From a virus, in the IMG/VR virus record IMGVR_UViG_3300017684_000001, positions 1 through 64,000 of that record: a stretch of DNA of 64,000 nucleotides; one strand, given 5' to 3'. Position numbers and translations under genes: made by a program. Positions 34,984 through 43,047 of the stretch are shown here, one piece after another. Each line of letters starts with the position of its first letter. Position 1 is the first letter of the stretch. Under the pieces are notes generated by a model. The model saw nothing but the letters and a program-made list of their open reading frames with translations. It did not search any database and was not told where the DNA came from.

Positions 34984-37869
34984 TTAAACGGCATTCGTCG
35001 GCGCCAGCGTCACGTCCTCACCGACGTCGCCGATGTAGCGGATCGCCTTGACGTTGATCATCCGGAAATCGTCCGATCCCCAGACGGTCCCTTTCACGGC
35101 GTAGAGCGAGCGCAGCCCTTTGCCGCGCTCGATCACGGGCTTTCCCATCGTCTCGAAATCGTAGCGGCCGATCTTCGCAAAGATCGTGTCCGTGTCGTCC
35201 TGGAGGAACAGCCCCAGGCTTGTGGTCGGCCCCTCGAACACCCGGCCGCCGCGGCGATCGACTTTCGCCGGGTCGTTCTCGTCGCCGGGATTGATCTTCG
35301 CGAGGACGCAGAAGACCATGACCTGAGCATCCGATCCGTCGGACTGGATGGTGACGATCGGGACCGGCTCCGTGCGGATGTTCCGCTCCCGCGGATCCGG
35401 CATCACCCGTGCGAACGCATCCCGGATCGGCCACAGCGAATCGATCGCGGTCTTGGGTTCGGTCAGGAGCTTGCGCGCCCGGTCCGTGAGCCGCTCGCCG
35501 CGGGCGCGGGCGCCGATGATCGTCGAGATCATCTTCGGGCCGATGCCCTTCACGACCGAGAGCGGACCGACGAGGACGCGCTTCCCGTCCTTGGCGCCGA
35601 CGGTCCATTTCTCGCCCGACAACTCGGGATCGATCGGGACGTAATCGTACCCTTCGGTCGACATCTCGCGCAGGATCTTGATCTGCTTGTCCGGATCCGG
35701 CTCGTGCGAGAGCGTCGCCGCGGCGAACTCGAACGGGTGGTAAGCCTTCAGCCACAAGCACCAGTACGAGACGATCCCGTACGCGACGGAATGGGCGAGA
35801 TTGAAGCCGTATTGCCCGAACGCGACGAGATCGTTCCAGACCTTGTCCGCCGTCTCCTGATCGAGACCCCGCTCCAGGGCGCCGGCCTTCCACGGGATCT
35901 CGAACCGGCTCAACGCCTCACGGCCCATGGTCTTCGACATCATCTTTCGGAGCGCGGTGACATCCTCCCACGACATGCCGCCGATCTCGCGACCGATCGT
36001 CATGATCTGCTCTTGGAACACGAGAATCCCCAGGGTGTCCTTCAGGAGCCCTTCGAGGAGCGGGTGCGGGTAAGTGACCGCCTTCGCGCCCGTGCGCCTG
36101 TAGACCCATTCCTGCGCGCCGCCAGACTGCATCGGGCCGGGGCGGGCGAGTGCCGTCACCGTGACGATGTCGTTGAAGCACGTCGCGGTAAATTGCTTCG
36201 TGATCCCCTGGAGGGCGCCTCCGTTGAACTGGAAGATCCCAGACCACCGACGCGCGTTAAGGATCTCGAACGCCGCCGGGTCGTCGAGCGGGAGCTTCTC
36301 CAGCGTGTCACGGGGCAGGCCTGCGAGTTCGAGCGCGTCCTCGAACACGGACAACTGGGTCAGCCCGAGCGCATCGATCTTCAGGAGCCCGTAGCCGTCC
36401 TCGGCATCCTTCTTGTCGCACATCGTCGCCCCGGTTCGGCGGTCGATCGCGACGGTCTCGATGATCGGCCGCTCGGAGATGACGACGCCGGCCGCGTGGA
36501 TGCCAGCGTGCCGCGGGTGCCCCTCGAACCGTGTCGCGATCCGCATCTCCGGATTCGTGCGCATCAGGTCCCGGCCGACGGACGTCGTATCGAGGGTGTC
36601 GGCCAGGGTGTCGAGGGCGCGGGCGTCACCGGCCGGCCGGACGATGAGCGAATCGGCGACCGGTTCGGTCTTGTAGCGCCCCACCCGGAGCGCGGCCCCG
36701 CATTCCTGAAGCGCCGAGCGCGGCTTGAACATCGCGACCGTCCCGAGCCGGGCGACGCGCTCCGGGCCGTAGGTGTTGCGCAGGTATTCAAAGACGAGGT
36801 CTCGTTGCTGATCGCTGAAGTCGATGTCGACGTCCGGCATGTCGAATCGGTTGACGTCGATGAACCGCTCGAAGATCAGACCGTACGGGATCGGATCGAC
36901 GGTCGTGATCTTCAGGAGGTAGCAGACGAGCGAACCGCACGACGACCCGCGCGCCGGCCCGACGATCATCCGGGCGCGCGCCCACTGGCAGAGGTCCGCG
37001 ACCAGATAGAAGTAATCCTCGAACGCCTTGTCGGCGATCAGGGCGAGTTCCCGATCGAGCCGGGCGGCGTAGTCCGGCCGGGTAAGGTCGCACCCGAGAT
37101 CGGCGGCGCCCCGGACGCACATCTCCCGCAACGTAGCCGGCCGCGGAGGCGCGACGAGAACAGCACGGGTGAGATCGGCCGTCGAACCGCGGCGCACGGC
37201 GTCAGCGGCCCCAATCGCGTCGTACGTCACCGAAACCGGCAGATTGAGTCGCACTATCGATCGCTCCCACTCGTCGAATGAGAGAATGTGCTGCGGGTAG
37301 GTCTGCGTCTCGGCGTTCCGGCCGGTCAGGACCTCGTAGAAACCGCGGTCGGATTCGCGCGGGTAGCGATTGTCCGACGAGGCGATAAACGGGATCCCGC
37401 GCGCGATCGCGAGCCTGGCGAGCCCGAGCGGCGTCGACGGCCCGAGGGCGAGGAATGTGTCCGGCGGCGGCTCTAGGTCGGCGATCTGGGCGCGGTGGCC
37501 CAGGATCCGATAGACCCCCTCGGCCGCGTACGCCTGGACGTCCGTGAGCAACGGGCGATACCGGAACTGCGAGGTCGCGAGTTCGACGAGGCGGTTGATC
37601 GGCGCGAGGCTGTCTTTCGCGACGAACGTGACGTGATCGAAAGTCGGCTTCTTCTCGTTGAGCGACCGCGTCACCGCGAGTTCGACGCCGAAGATCGGCC
37701 GGAGCCCGGCTTTCTTCGCCGCCTTGCTCCACCGGTAGAACCCGAATGTGCTTGCGCGGTCGGTGAGCGGCGCCTCGGTCATCCCGATCTCGACGAGGCG
37801 CGAGAGGACGTCGTCGATTGAACCGGCGGCTTCCCGGAAAGAGTAGCCCGAGCGGCAACGAACGGTCAT
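34984..37869 (-). CDS. dnaE: DNA polymerase III alpha subunit-like replicative polymerase
   Basis: 961 aa. N-terminal PHP-type region. LLKIDALGLTQLSVFEDALE and the following palm/fingers-like blocks are typical of DnaE. Confidence 0.85.
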   Translation of the reverse strand: MTVRCRSGYSFREAAGSIDDVLSRLVEIGMTEAPLTDRASTFGFYRWSKAAKKAGLRPIFGVELAVTRSLNEKKPTFDHVTFVAKDSLAPINRLVELATSQFRYRPLLTDVQAYAAEGVYRILGHRAQIADLEPPPDTFLALGPSTPLGLARLAIARGIPFIASSDNRYPRESDRGFYEVLTGRNAETQTYPQHILSFDEWERSIVRLNLPVSVTYDAIGAADAVRRGSTADLTRAVLVAPPRPATLREMCVRGAADLGCDLTRPDYAARLDRELALIADKAFEDYFYLVADLCQWARARMIVGPARGSSCGSLVCYLLKITTVDPIPYGLIFERFIDVNRFDMPDVDIDFSDQQRDLVFEYLRNTYGPERVARLGTVAMFKPRSALQECGAALRVGRYKTEPVADSLIVRPAGDARALDTLADTLDTTSVGRDLMRTNPEMRIATRFEGHPRHAGIHAAGVVISERPIIETVAIDRRTGATMCDKKDAEDGYGLLKIDALGLTQLSVFEDALELAGLPRDTLEKLPLDDPAAFEILNARRWSGIFQFNGGALQGITKQFTATCFNDIVTVTALARPGPMQSGGAQEWVYRRTGAKAVTYPHPLLEGLLKDTLGILVFQEQIMTIGREIGGMSWEDVTALRKMMSKTMGREALSRFEIPWKAGALERGLDQETADKVWNDLVAFGQYGFNLAHSVAYGIVSYWCLWLKAYHPFEFAAATLSHEPDPDKQIKILREMSTEGYDYVPIDPELSGEKWTVGAKDGKRVLVGPLSVVKGIGPKMISTIIGARARGERLTDRARKLLTEPKTAIDSLWPIRDAFARVMPDPRERNIRTEPVPIVTIQSDGSDAQVMVFCVLAKINPGDENDPAKVDRRGGRVFEGPTTSLGLFLQDDTDTIFAKIGRYDFETMGKPVIERGKGLRSLYAVKGTVWGSDDFRMINVKAIRYIGDVGEDVTLAPTNAV

Positions 37870-38406
37870 CTACACGTACCCCAATCGCCGAAGTTCGAGG
37901 AAGCAGCGGGTCAGCGCCTCGACGTCGACCCGTGCGCGGTGGGCTCCGGCGAACTTCTCGCCGAAGAGGTGTTCGTGCAGCGCGCCGAGCGAGAGCCGGT
38001 AGCCTTTGATCCACTCGGTCGCCTCGACCGTGCAGATCCGGCCGGCGGGCCATGGCACGACGAGGCCGCATCGTTCGAACTCGACGTCGATCATGGCGAC
38101 GTCAAAGCTCAGGTTATGGGCGACGACCTCGTCGGCGCGCTGCACGATCCTCGATAAATCGGGCGCATGAGCCGAGAACGGCTTCGCGCCCTTCAACATC
38201 TCGTCTGTGATACCAGTTATAGACGAGATCTTAGGCGAGAGCTTCTCGCCGGGGTTGGCAAAGAATTCTATCTCGTCGACCTTCCGGCCGTCTTCAAGAA
38301 GACAGCCATATAATTCTGTGACTTTAGGTTGGTGTTTTAGTGGAAGAAGACTTGCGCCAACGAGATCTGTGGTTTCCGTATCCGCGATAAATGAATAGAT
38401 ACTCAT
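37870..38406 (-). CDS. DnaQ-like 3'-5' exonuclease (DEDDh)
   Basis: ORF track 37870..38526. ATG 38406 (MSIYSFIADTETTDL = ExoI). AHNLSFDVAM = ExoII. HRARVDVEAL = ExoIII. Abuts the dnaE start. Confidence 0.8.
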   Translation of the reverse strand: MSIYSFIADTETTDLVGASLLPLKHQPKVTELYGCLLEDGRKVDEIEFFANPGEKLSPKISSITGITDEMLKGAKPFSAHAPDLSRIVQRADEVVAHNLSFDVAMIDVEFERCGLVVPWPAGRICTVEATEWIKGYRLSLGALHEHLFGEKFAGAHRARVDVEALTRCFLELRRLGYV

Positions 38407-38413
38407 TTTCGGA

Positions 38414-38863
38414 TCACCTAACCGGGAAATCATACGTCGGTTCACGCCGCGGCACGACCGGCTCGATCTCGACTTCCGGCTTCCAAGGCGGGGCCGTTTT
38501 GGGACTCTGAGCGAGCGGTCCGCCATCTTTGAAAGCCCAATCGATCGGATCTAACTTGTCGATTTTGTCTTGAGATTCCGCATCGAGTTCCCGCAGCATC
38601 GCCGCGTAGGTCGAAAGGTCGAGAAGCGAATCGTCGTGGCCGCCTGCCTCGAACTGGTTGGCGTACCGAACGATCTTCATGACGATCTGTGTGAGGACGC
38701 CGAGGCGGTTCGCGTCCTCGATGTTCCGGATCGCGAAGCCATTCGGCCGAAGCGCCATGAGCACATGGCCGAAGTTCTTATACGCGTCGCCGTAGACCTT
38801 TCCGCGCTCCTCGAAAACGTCGGCGCTCTCGCGTAGGGAATCTTGGGGTTTCATTTTCACCAT
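38414..38863 (-). CDS. all-alpha NTP pyrophosphohydrolase-like protein (uncertain)
   Basis: ORF track 38414..38908. Starts possible at 38863 or 38854. ERGKVYGDAYKNFG...KIVRYANQFEAGGHDDSLLDLSTYAAM recalls MazG-like phage proteins. Confidence 0.4.
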   Translation of the reverse strand: MVKMKPQDSLRESADVFEERGKVYGDAYKNFGHVLMALRPNGFAIRNIEDANRLGVLTQIVMKIVRYANQFEAGGHDDSLLDLSTYAAMLRELDAESQDKIDKLDPIDWAFKDGGPLAQSPKTAPPWKPEVEIEPVVPRREPTYDFPVR

Positions 38864-39333
38864 CCTGTCGCTTGAACCTGCCAACAGCAGTATCCGAGAT
38901 TGCGCCACGCCTCGACGACCTTGTCTCGGTCTTCGAGGATGAAGGCGACGTCTGGCCTTCCATCGTAAAAAAGTGATTTATCTTCTAGAAACTTATCCAG
39001 CATCGCCGGCTTAACCTCGACGTCCGGCCTCCAGTCGCCGTCCGACCGCATCAGGATCGTGTCGAAGACCGCTAGATCATGCTTGATCAGCCATTCAAGC
39101 GTCGTTTGGCGGTATCGCTCGTTCCGGCCGGTACAGGCGACGAGGAGGATCTTGTCGAGGACCGACCACCAGCAGAGGACGGAGAGAAAGAACGCCACAT
39201 CCGACCGAGGCCGATCGTCCTTGGCCGCTTGATGAAATTGATCCCATTCTTTAGCTTGTGCGAAATGATCTCTATGCGAAGAATCACAAAGAGTTCCGTC
39301 TAAATCGACCACTATGACTTTCACGAGGTACAT
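38857..39333 (-). CDS. HAD-superfamily phosphatase (nucleotidase/polynucleotide phosphatase-like)
   Basis: 158 aa. Motif I VVDLDGTLCD. Motif II-like LLVACTGR. C-terminal acidic motif ILEDRDKV. Confidence 0.6.
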   Translation of the reverse strand: MYLVKVIVVDLDGTLCDSSHRDHFAQAKEWDQFHQAAKDDRPRSDVAFFLSVLCWWSVLDKILLVACTGRNERYRQTTLEWLIKHDLAVFDTILMRSDGDWRPDVEVKPAMLDKFLEDKSLFYDGRPDVAFILEDRDKVVEAWRNLGYCCWQVQATGW

Positions 39334-39727
39334 CCTTCTGAGTTCTAGTTAAGCCTCTTAATTTATGATCTTTTTCTTCTTTTGTCATTTTATCCCAACT
39401 TAATTTTATTCCCTTAGATACGTTTAATCTCCAATTATGATTTCTTAAAACTCTTTCAATCGTATTTCTTTTCGAAGACCCAATGGAGAGATGATCTGGG
39501 TTTATGCACCATCCATTATCACAACTATGCAGGACCAATCCCTCTTTCAGATTAGGAGGACGACAAGGAATGTCTTCGCAATTAAGCCTATAGCTAAGAC
39601 GATGAGCAAACCAATTTTCTCCTCTCCACCTAAGTTTCTTTCGATTAGTAAGACGAGGAGCATCTACTTCGATGCAATCACCAACTTGTTTAAGAGGAAG
39701 AGGGAAAATAACGTTCTTAATATCCAT
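39284..39727 (-). CDS. HNH homing endonuclease
   Basis: 147 aa. AHRLSYRL...VLHSCDNGWCINPDHLSIGSSKRN is HNH_3-like. Strongly AT-rich island 39335-39760. The 3' end overlaps the HAD gene by 50 nt. Confidence 0.75.
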   Translation of the reverse strand: MDIKNVIFPLPLKQVGDCIEVDAPRLTNRKKLRWRGENWFAHRLSYRLNCEDIPCRPPNLKEGLVLHSCDNGWCINPDHLSIGSSKRNTIERVLRNHNWRLNVSKGIKLSWDKMTKEEKDHKLRGLTRTQKDVPRESHSGRFRRNSL

Positions 39728-39765
39728 TTGAACGGTCTTTCATCTCTCCACCCACAACCCGAGAG

Positions 39766-39785
39766 CCCCGGCGCGTGCGCCGGGG
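39766..39785 (-). other. GC hairpin at the upstream border of the HNH island
   Basis: CCCCGGCG-CGTG-CGCCGGGG, 8 bp stem, no U-run. Confidence 0.4.
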
Positions 39786-39803
39786 TCCGTCATCGGTTCG
39801 AAC

Positions 39804-40361
39804 TTACTTCTTGATCTTGGCGACGCGGCCGGTGAAAAGCCCGAGAACCTCGGGATCGATCGGGTCGCCGTTCCGGATCCGCTCGCGGGCGAACGCGCAC
39901 AGCGTTTGCGAGTGGACCGATTCGGCGACCTTCGGAGACAACCCGGCCTCCCGCAGCGTCGCCGCCGTCGAGAGCGCCTCGTTGTGCTCCGAACGGCCGA
40001 ACTCGACCTCGACCGCGGTCTTGATCAGGTCCGAGCCGCCGTTCTCGACGAGCCAGGACACCGCCGCGGCCCGCCGGACCGGATCGCTTGGGATCGATCC
40101 CGAGACGAACGGCTCGATCGAGATCATCCGCCCTTTGAACTTGAGCGCGTCGACGCCGAGTTCGGCCATCTTGTCGGGGACGGTCGCGGTCTTGAGCCGC
40201 TGTAGGAGGTTCTTCGCCGCCTTCAGGTCGGCGTCGAGATTGGCCACGATCTCTTCTTGCCGAAGCATCTGGTCGAGGAGACCGTTAAGCTCGGAGAGAT
40301 CGGAGGCCGGCGCCGCTGCGGCGCCGACATCGAAGTCGGAAGCGTTCGCAGTGCCGGCCAT
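39804..40361 (-). CDS. coiled-coil protein in recombination-module position
   Basis: ORF track 39804..40550. ATG 40361 (MAGTANASDF) lies 2 nt after the upstream stop. The upstream extension is Arg/Gly-rich noise. Confidence 0.5.
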   Translation of the reverse strand: MAGTANASDFDVGAAAAPASDLSELNGLLDQMLRQEEIVANLDADLKAAKNLLQRLKTATVPDKMAELGVDALKFKGRMISIEPFVSGSIPSDPVRRAAAVSWLVENGGSDLIKTAVEVEFGRSEHNEALSTAATLREAGLSPKVAESVHSQTLCAFARERIRNGDPIDPEVLGLFTGRVAKIKK

Positions 40362-40363
40362 GA

Positions 40364-41161
40364 TCACATCGCCCCTTCGGTGGAGGCCGCGCCCTGGAGA
40401 TCGGTCTCCGAGTTGTCGGCCCGAACCTCGCCGGCCTGAAGCGACACGAGGAACTTCGCCGCCTCCTCCTTCACGACCTTCCAGTCGAACCCGAACGGCT
40501 CGCCAAGCTCGGGGAGCGTCGGGCCGCGGTTGATGACCCAGTTCGCCCACTCGCCCTCGGCGTTGCTCTCGGTCCCGGTCGTGAGGTTGTAGCCGCGATA
40601 GAAGAACGGCGGCGAGAACTCCGATCCGTCCGCGCGCTTGAGGCGCTCAGAGGTAGCGATCGTCATCCACTGCCGGCTCTTCTTCAGCGCAGTCGAAGCC
40701 ATCGGAATGAAGCACTTCCGGCGGTCGGCCGTCAGGTTCAGGCCGAACCACTGCGCCGTCTCGGCGATGTAGTTTCCGTTCGGGAGGACGTCCTTCTTCC
40801 GGTCGTCCCGCTTGGTCTGCTTCATGATCTCCGGATCGGTGTGAACGGCGATCAGGCCCTTGCCCGACGAGCGCGGCGCCCATTCGAGGTAGTCCTTCCG
40901 GTAGTACACCGGCAGGAACAGAACCCCGTTCGGGAACATCTCGCCCGTACCAACGTCGACAATGGTGCCGATCTCGGCGCCGTCGATGAACTCGGCCTTC
41001 TTCTTGTTGAGTTGTGGTGAGAGCGACTGAAGGATGGTCAGTCGGGGGATGAGAACGTCGTTCGATCCGACGTTTTCGAGTCCGGCGCCTGCGAACTCTT
41101 CGAACCCATCCCCGGAGATCGCGGGGAGATTCGCGGAAGTCTTCGTGACTTCTTTAGCCAT
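40364..41161 (-). CDS. first gene of leftward operon, possible ssDNA-binding/annealing protein (uncertain)
   Basis: 265 aa. NDVLIPRLTILQSLSPQL motif and acidic C-terminus. The functional guess rests on position only. Confidence 0.5.
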   Translation of the reverse strand: MAKEVTKTSANLPAISGDGFEEFAGAGLENVGSNDVLIPRLTILQSLSPQLNKKKAEFIDGAEIGTIVDVGTGEMFPNGVLFLPVYYRKDYLEWAPRSSGKGLIAVHTDPEIMKQTKRDDRKKDVLPNGNYIAETAQWFGLNLTADRRKCFIPMASTALKKSRQWMTIATSERLKRADGSEFSPPFFYRGYNLTTGTESNAEGEWANWVINRGPTLPELGEPFGFDWKVVKEEAAKFLVSLQAGEVRADNSETDLQGAASTEGAM

Positions 41162-41222
41162 GATGTCTATTCCCTTTCGGTTCGCCGAATTCTTGAGACC
41201 GACGGCGAGACGGTGGACCCCG

Positions 41223-41261
41223 ATCTAAGCCGATCCGGCCGCAAAAGGAAAGCGATTTTTT
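41223..41261 (-). promoter_or_regulatory. leftward early-type promoter (box variant)
   Basis: Minus strand reads AAAAAATC-GCTTTCCTTTT (10/11 match to the box), T at offset 10, TTAGAT at offset 15-20. About 60 nt upstream of ATG 41161. Confidence 0.4.
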
Positions 41262-41294
41262 GTGCGTTTCGGCAGAAAAAATGTACCTCGATTT

Positions 41295-41358
41295 GAAAAG
41301 GGCGCTTTTCTTTTAGGCCAGAATGCTATCTAAAGGTGTGGGGCCGGAGACGAGGCCC
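41295..41358 (+). promoter_or_regulatory. early-type promoter cassette 2 (rightward)
   Basis: GAAAAG. Box at 41304-41314. TATCTA/TCTAAA at 41327-41334. Hairpin GGGGCC-GGAGACGA-GGCCC at 41340-41357. ATG of the XRE gene at 41376. Confidence 0.55.
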
Positions 41359-41375
41359 GCCCGGAGACAATTTTA

Positions 41376-41729
41376 ATGAACGCCAAAACCGCCCTCCCCG
41401 CCGACGCCCAGATCGGCGCGCGCGTCGCAGCGATCCGCCGGGCTCACGGCCTGTCGCAGGACGCCCTCGGCGCCGTTCTCGGCGTCTCGTTCCAGCAAAT
41501 TCAGAAATACGAGACCGGTAAGAATCGGATCTCGGCCGGCCGCCTCGTCGAGATCGCAAAGCGGTTCGGCATCTCAGTCGCACAACTTTACAGTGATGAG
41601 AGCGGCTATAACGATCCGCTCGCCCTCGAACTCGCTGCGGTGTTCGCGTCGATCCCGGACGTCGCGACCCAACGCAAGATCCTGGGCGTCGTCAAGGCGA
41701 TGGTCTCCGACGATGGGAAGGATTCGTGA
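41376..41729 (+). CDS. XRE-family HTH transcriptional regulator
   Basis: 117 aa. IGARVAAIRRAHGLSQDALGAVLGVSFQQIQKYETGKNRISAGRLVEIAKRFG is a canonical HTH_3. Confidence 0.8.
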   Translation: MNAKTALPADAQIGARVAAIRRAHGLSQDALGAVLGVSFQQIQKYETGKNRISAGRLVEIAKRFGISVAQLYSDESGYNDPLALELAAVFASIPDVATQRKILGVVKAMVSDDGKDS

Positions 41730-42070
41730 ACCGCCTCGAACCCAGGAAGCTCGGCGCGAGCCCGACCTATCGCCAGATTTGGCGCGTCGTCGATGGAGCT
41801 GTCGATCTAGCCCTTTCGGCGCATCCCGAATATATTGCCCCGGGTAAGAACCCGCGCACGGTCAGAAACTCGATCGTGAAACGCGTGGTCGGGGCGATTG
41901 TCGGATACCAGTCCGAAAAAGAGCCTCGGAGTGAAATTAAATGTTCGACCTCGCAAGAGGGCGAAGTCCGGTCCGAGTTTAGCCCGGCGGACGAAGAAGC
42001 CGGTCCCTCGGCTGTCACAGGGCCGGCCGCTGATGGCACTGCCTCCGCGTGCGATCAGCAATCCGAGTGA
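41726..42070 (+). CDS. hypothetical protein
   Basis: 114 aa. GTGA/ATGA-type overlap with the XRE gene. Confidence 0.45.
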   Translation: MNRLEPRKLGASPTYRQIWRVVDGAVDLALSAHPEYIAPGKNPRTVRNSIVKRVVGAIVGYQSEKEPRSEIKCSTSQEGEVRSEFSPADEEAGPSAVTGPAADGTASACDQQSE

Positions 42071-42117
42071 CCGTGCATCACTCGGATGGCGGGAGGGGCG
42101 GCTAGGCCCCTCCCGCC
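42062..42117 (+). other. tandem GC hairpins overlapping/after a stop codon
   Basis: TCCGAGTGA-N7-TCACTCGGA (42062-42086), then GGCGGGAGGGGC-N6-GCCCCTCCCGCC (42088-42117). No U-run. Confidence 0.6.
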
Positions 42118-42143
42118 TCTCCCAAAACCCCGGAGAATCACAG

Positions 42144-42377
42144 ATGACCAACGCGCCCCGTCCCGATCTCGTCGGCGAGCCGATAAGCCTTGAAAACATG
42201 ACCCGCGACGAGCCCAGAAAGGCGACGCCGAAGCCGCGGCCGACGAAGCCATTTCCGGACGCCGACCGGCTCGACGAGACAGAGAAGGTCGAGGTCGTCG
42301 TGACGAATTTCGATGGAGATCCTCTTTACGAAAAGGACAAGGGGAAGCTCCCGTCGAAAACGGAGGACGGACGATGA
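42144..42377 (+). CDS. hypothetical protein
   Basis: Part of ORF 41898..42377. ATG 42144 (MTNAPRPDL) with GGAG upstream. Confidence 0.45.
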   Translation: MTNAPRPDLVGEPISLENMTRDEPRKATPKPRPTKPFPDADRLDETEKVEVVVTNFDGDPLYEKDKGKLPSKTEDGR

Positions 42378-42463
42378 GCCTCGGAAACCTCGCAGTCATC
42401 GTGTCGTTGGCATCGCTCGCGCTGCTGATCTTCGACGAAATCTCGCGCGGATTTGGGGAGTGA
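42374..42463 (+). CDS. 29-aa single-TM peptide (candidate)
   Basis: Hand-translated MSLGNLAVIVSLASLALLIFDEISRGFGE. ATGA overlap with the upstream gene. Confidence 0.3.
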   Translation: MSLGNLAVIVSLASLALLIFDEISRGFGE

Positions 42464-42468
42464 TCGGG

Positions 42469-42624
42469 ATGCCCTTCGTCTTCGCCGCGCTGATCGTCTC
42501 CGGGTTCGTCCTGGTCCTCGCCTTGCTCGGGGTCCGCGCGATGAACGCCGTGCTATTCGTGCTCATGGCGATGCCGTTCGCCTACGTCCTCGCGGTCCTC
42601 GCGCGGATGGTCTTGGCTCAATGA
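42469..42624 (+). CDS. 51-aa two-TM peptide (candidate)
   Basis: MPFVFAALIVSGFVLVLALLGVRAMNAVLFVLMAMPFAYVLAVLARMVLAQ (tail of ORF 42313..42624). Confidence 0.4.
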   Translation: MPFVFAALIVSGFVLVLALLGVRAMNAVLFVLMAMPFAYVLAVLARMVLAQ

Positions 42625-42791
42625 TCACCTACCTCGCTGTCTCGCTCGGGCTCCTCGCAGCGCTCTGCGTGACGGCGTCGATCGAGAGCCGGGCCGAACA
42701 GCGTGCGCGGCGTAACCTCGACCGGCTCCGGCATCTCGCCGGGGTCGATGGACATGGGGCCGAGCGGTATGGCCCAAGGATTCTGCTATGA
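42621..42791 (+). CDS. 56-aa N-terminal-TM protein (candidate)
   Basis: MITYLAVSLGLLAALCVTASIESRAEQRARRNL... (tail of ORF 42453..42791). ATGA overlap. Confidence 0.4.
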   Translation: MITYLAVSLGLLAALCVTASIESRAEQRARRNLDRLRHLAGVDGHGAERYGPRILL

Positions 42792-43042
42792 TTGGCAGAG
42801 GGGAAATCCGCCGGCAGGGCGCGGGAGGCGTGATGCAGTGGGATTATGACATGGCCGGAGCGCCAAGAGACGGGACGCCGATCCTAGTATTTCGGGACAA
42901 CGGATGCGGCTTTGACTACTATGCCGTGTGGTGGAGCAGGCATGATGCCGAGTATCCATGGCGCGAGGAAAGCGGCAACGCTTATCCGGCCGACCGCTTC
43001 GACGGTTGGACCTCGATTAAGCCGCCAGCCGCCACGGATTGA
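42788..43042 (+). CDS. hypothetical protein
   Basis: 84 aa ORF. Alternative start M16 at 42833. Confidence 0.45.
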   Translation: MIGRGEIRRQGAGGVMQWDYDMAGAPRDGTPILVFRDNGCGFDYYAVWWSRHDAEYPWREESGNAYPADRFDGWTSIKPPAATD

Positions 43043-43047
43043 GGGCT

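Noticed and set aside
41329-41378. 17-codon upstream ORF (MLSKGVGPETRPARRQF) ending in TAATG at the XRE start, as a possible leader peptide.
   Set aside because: Its ATG lies within the promoter spacer, upstream of the predicted +1. It has no RBS, and no equivalent exists at the other cassettes.
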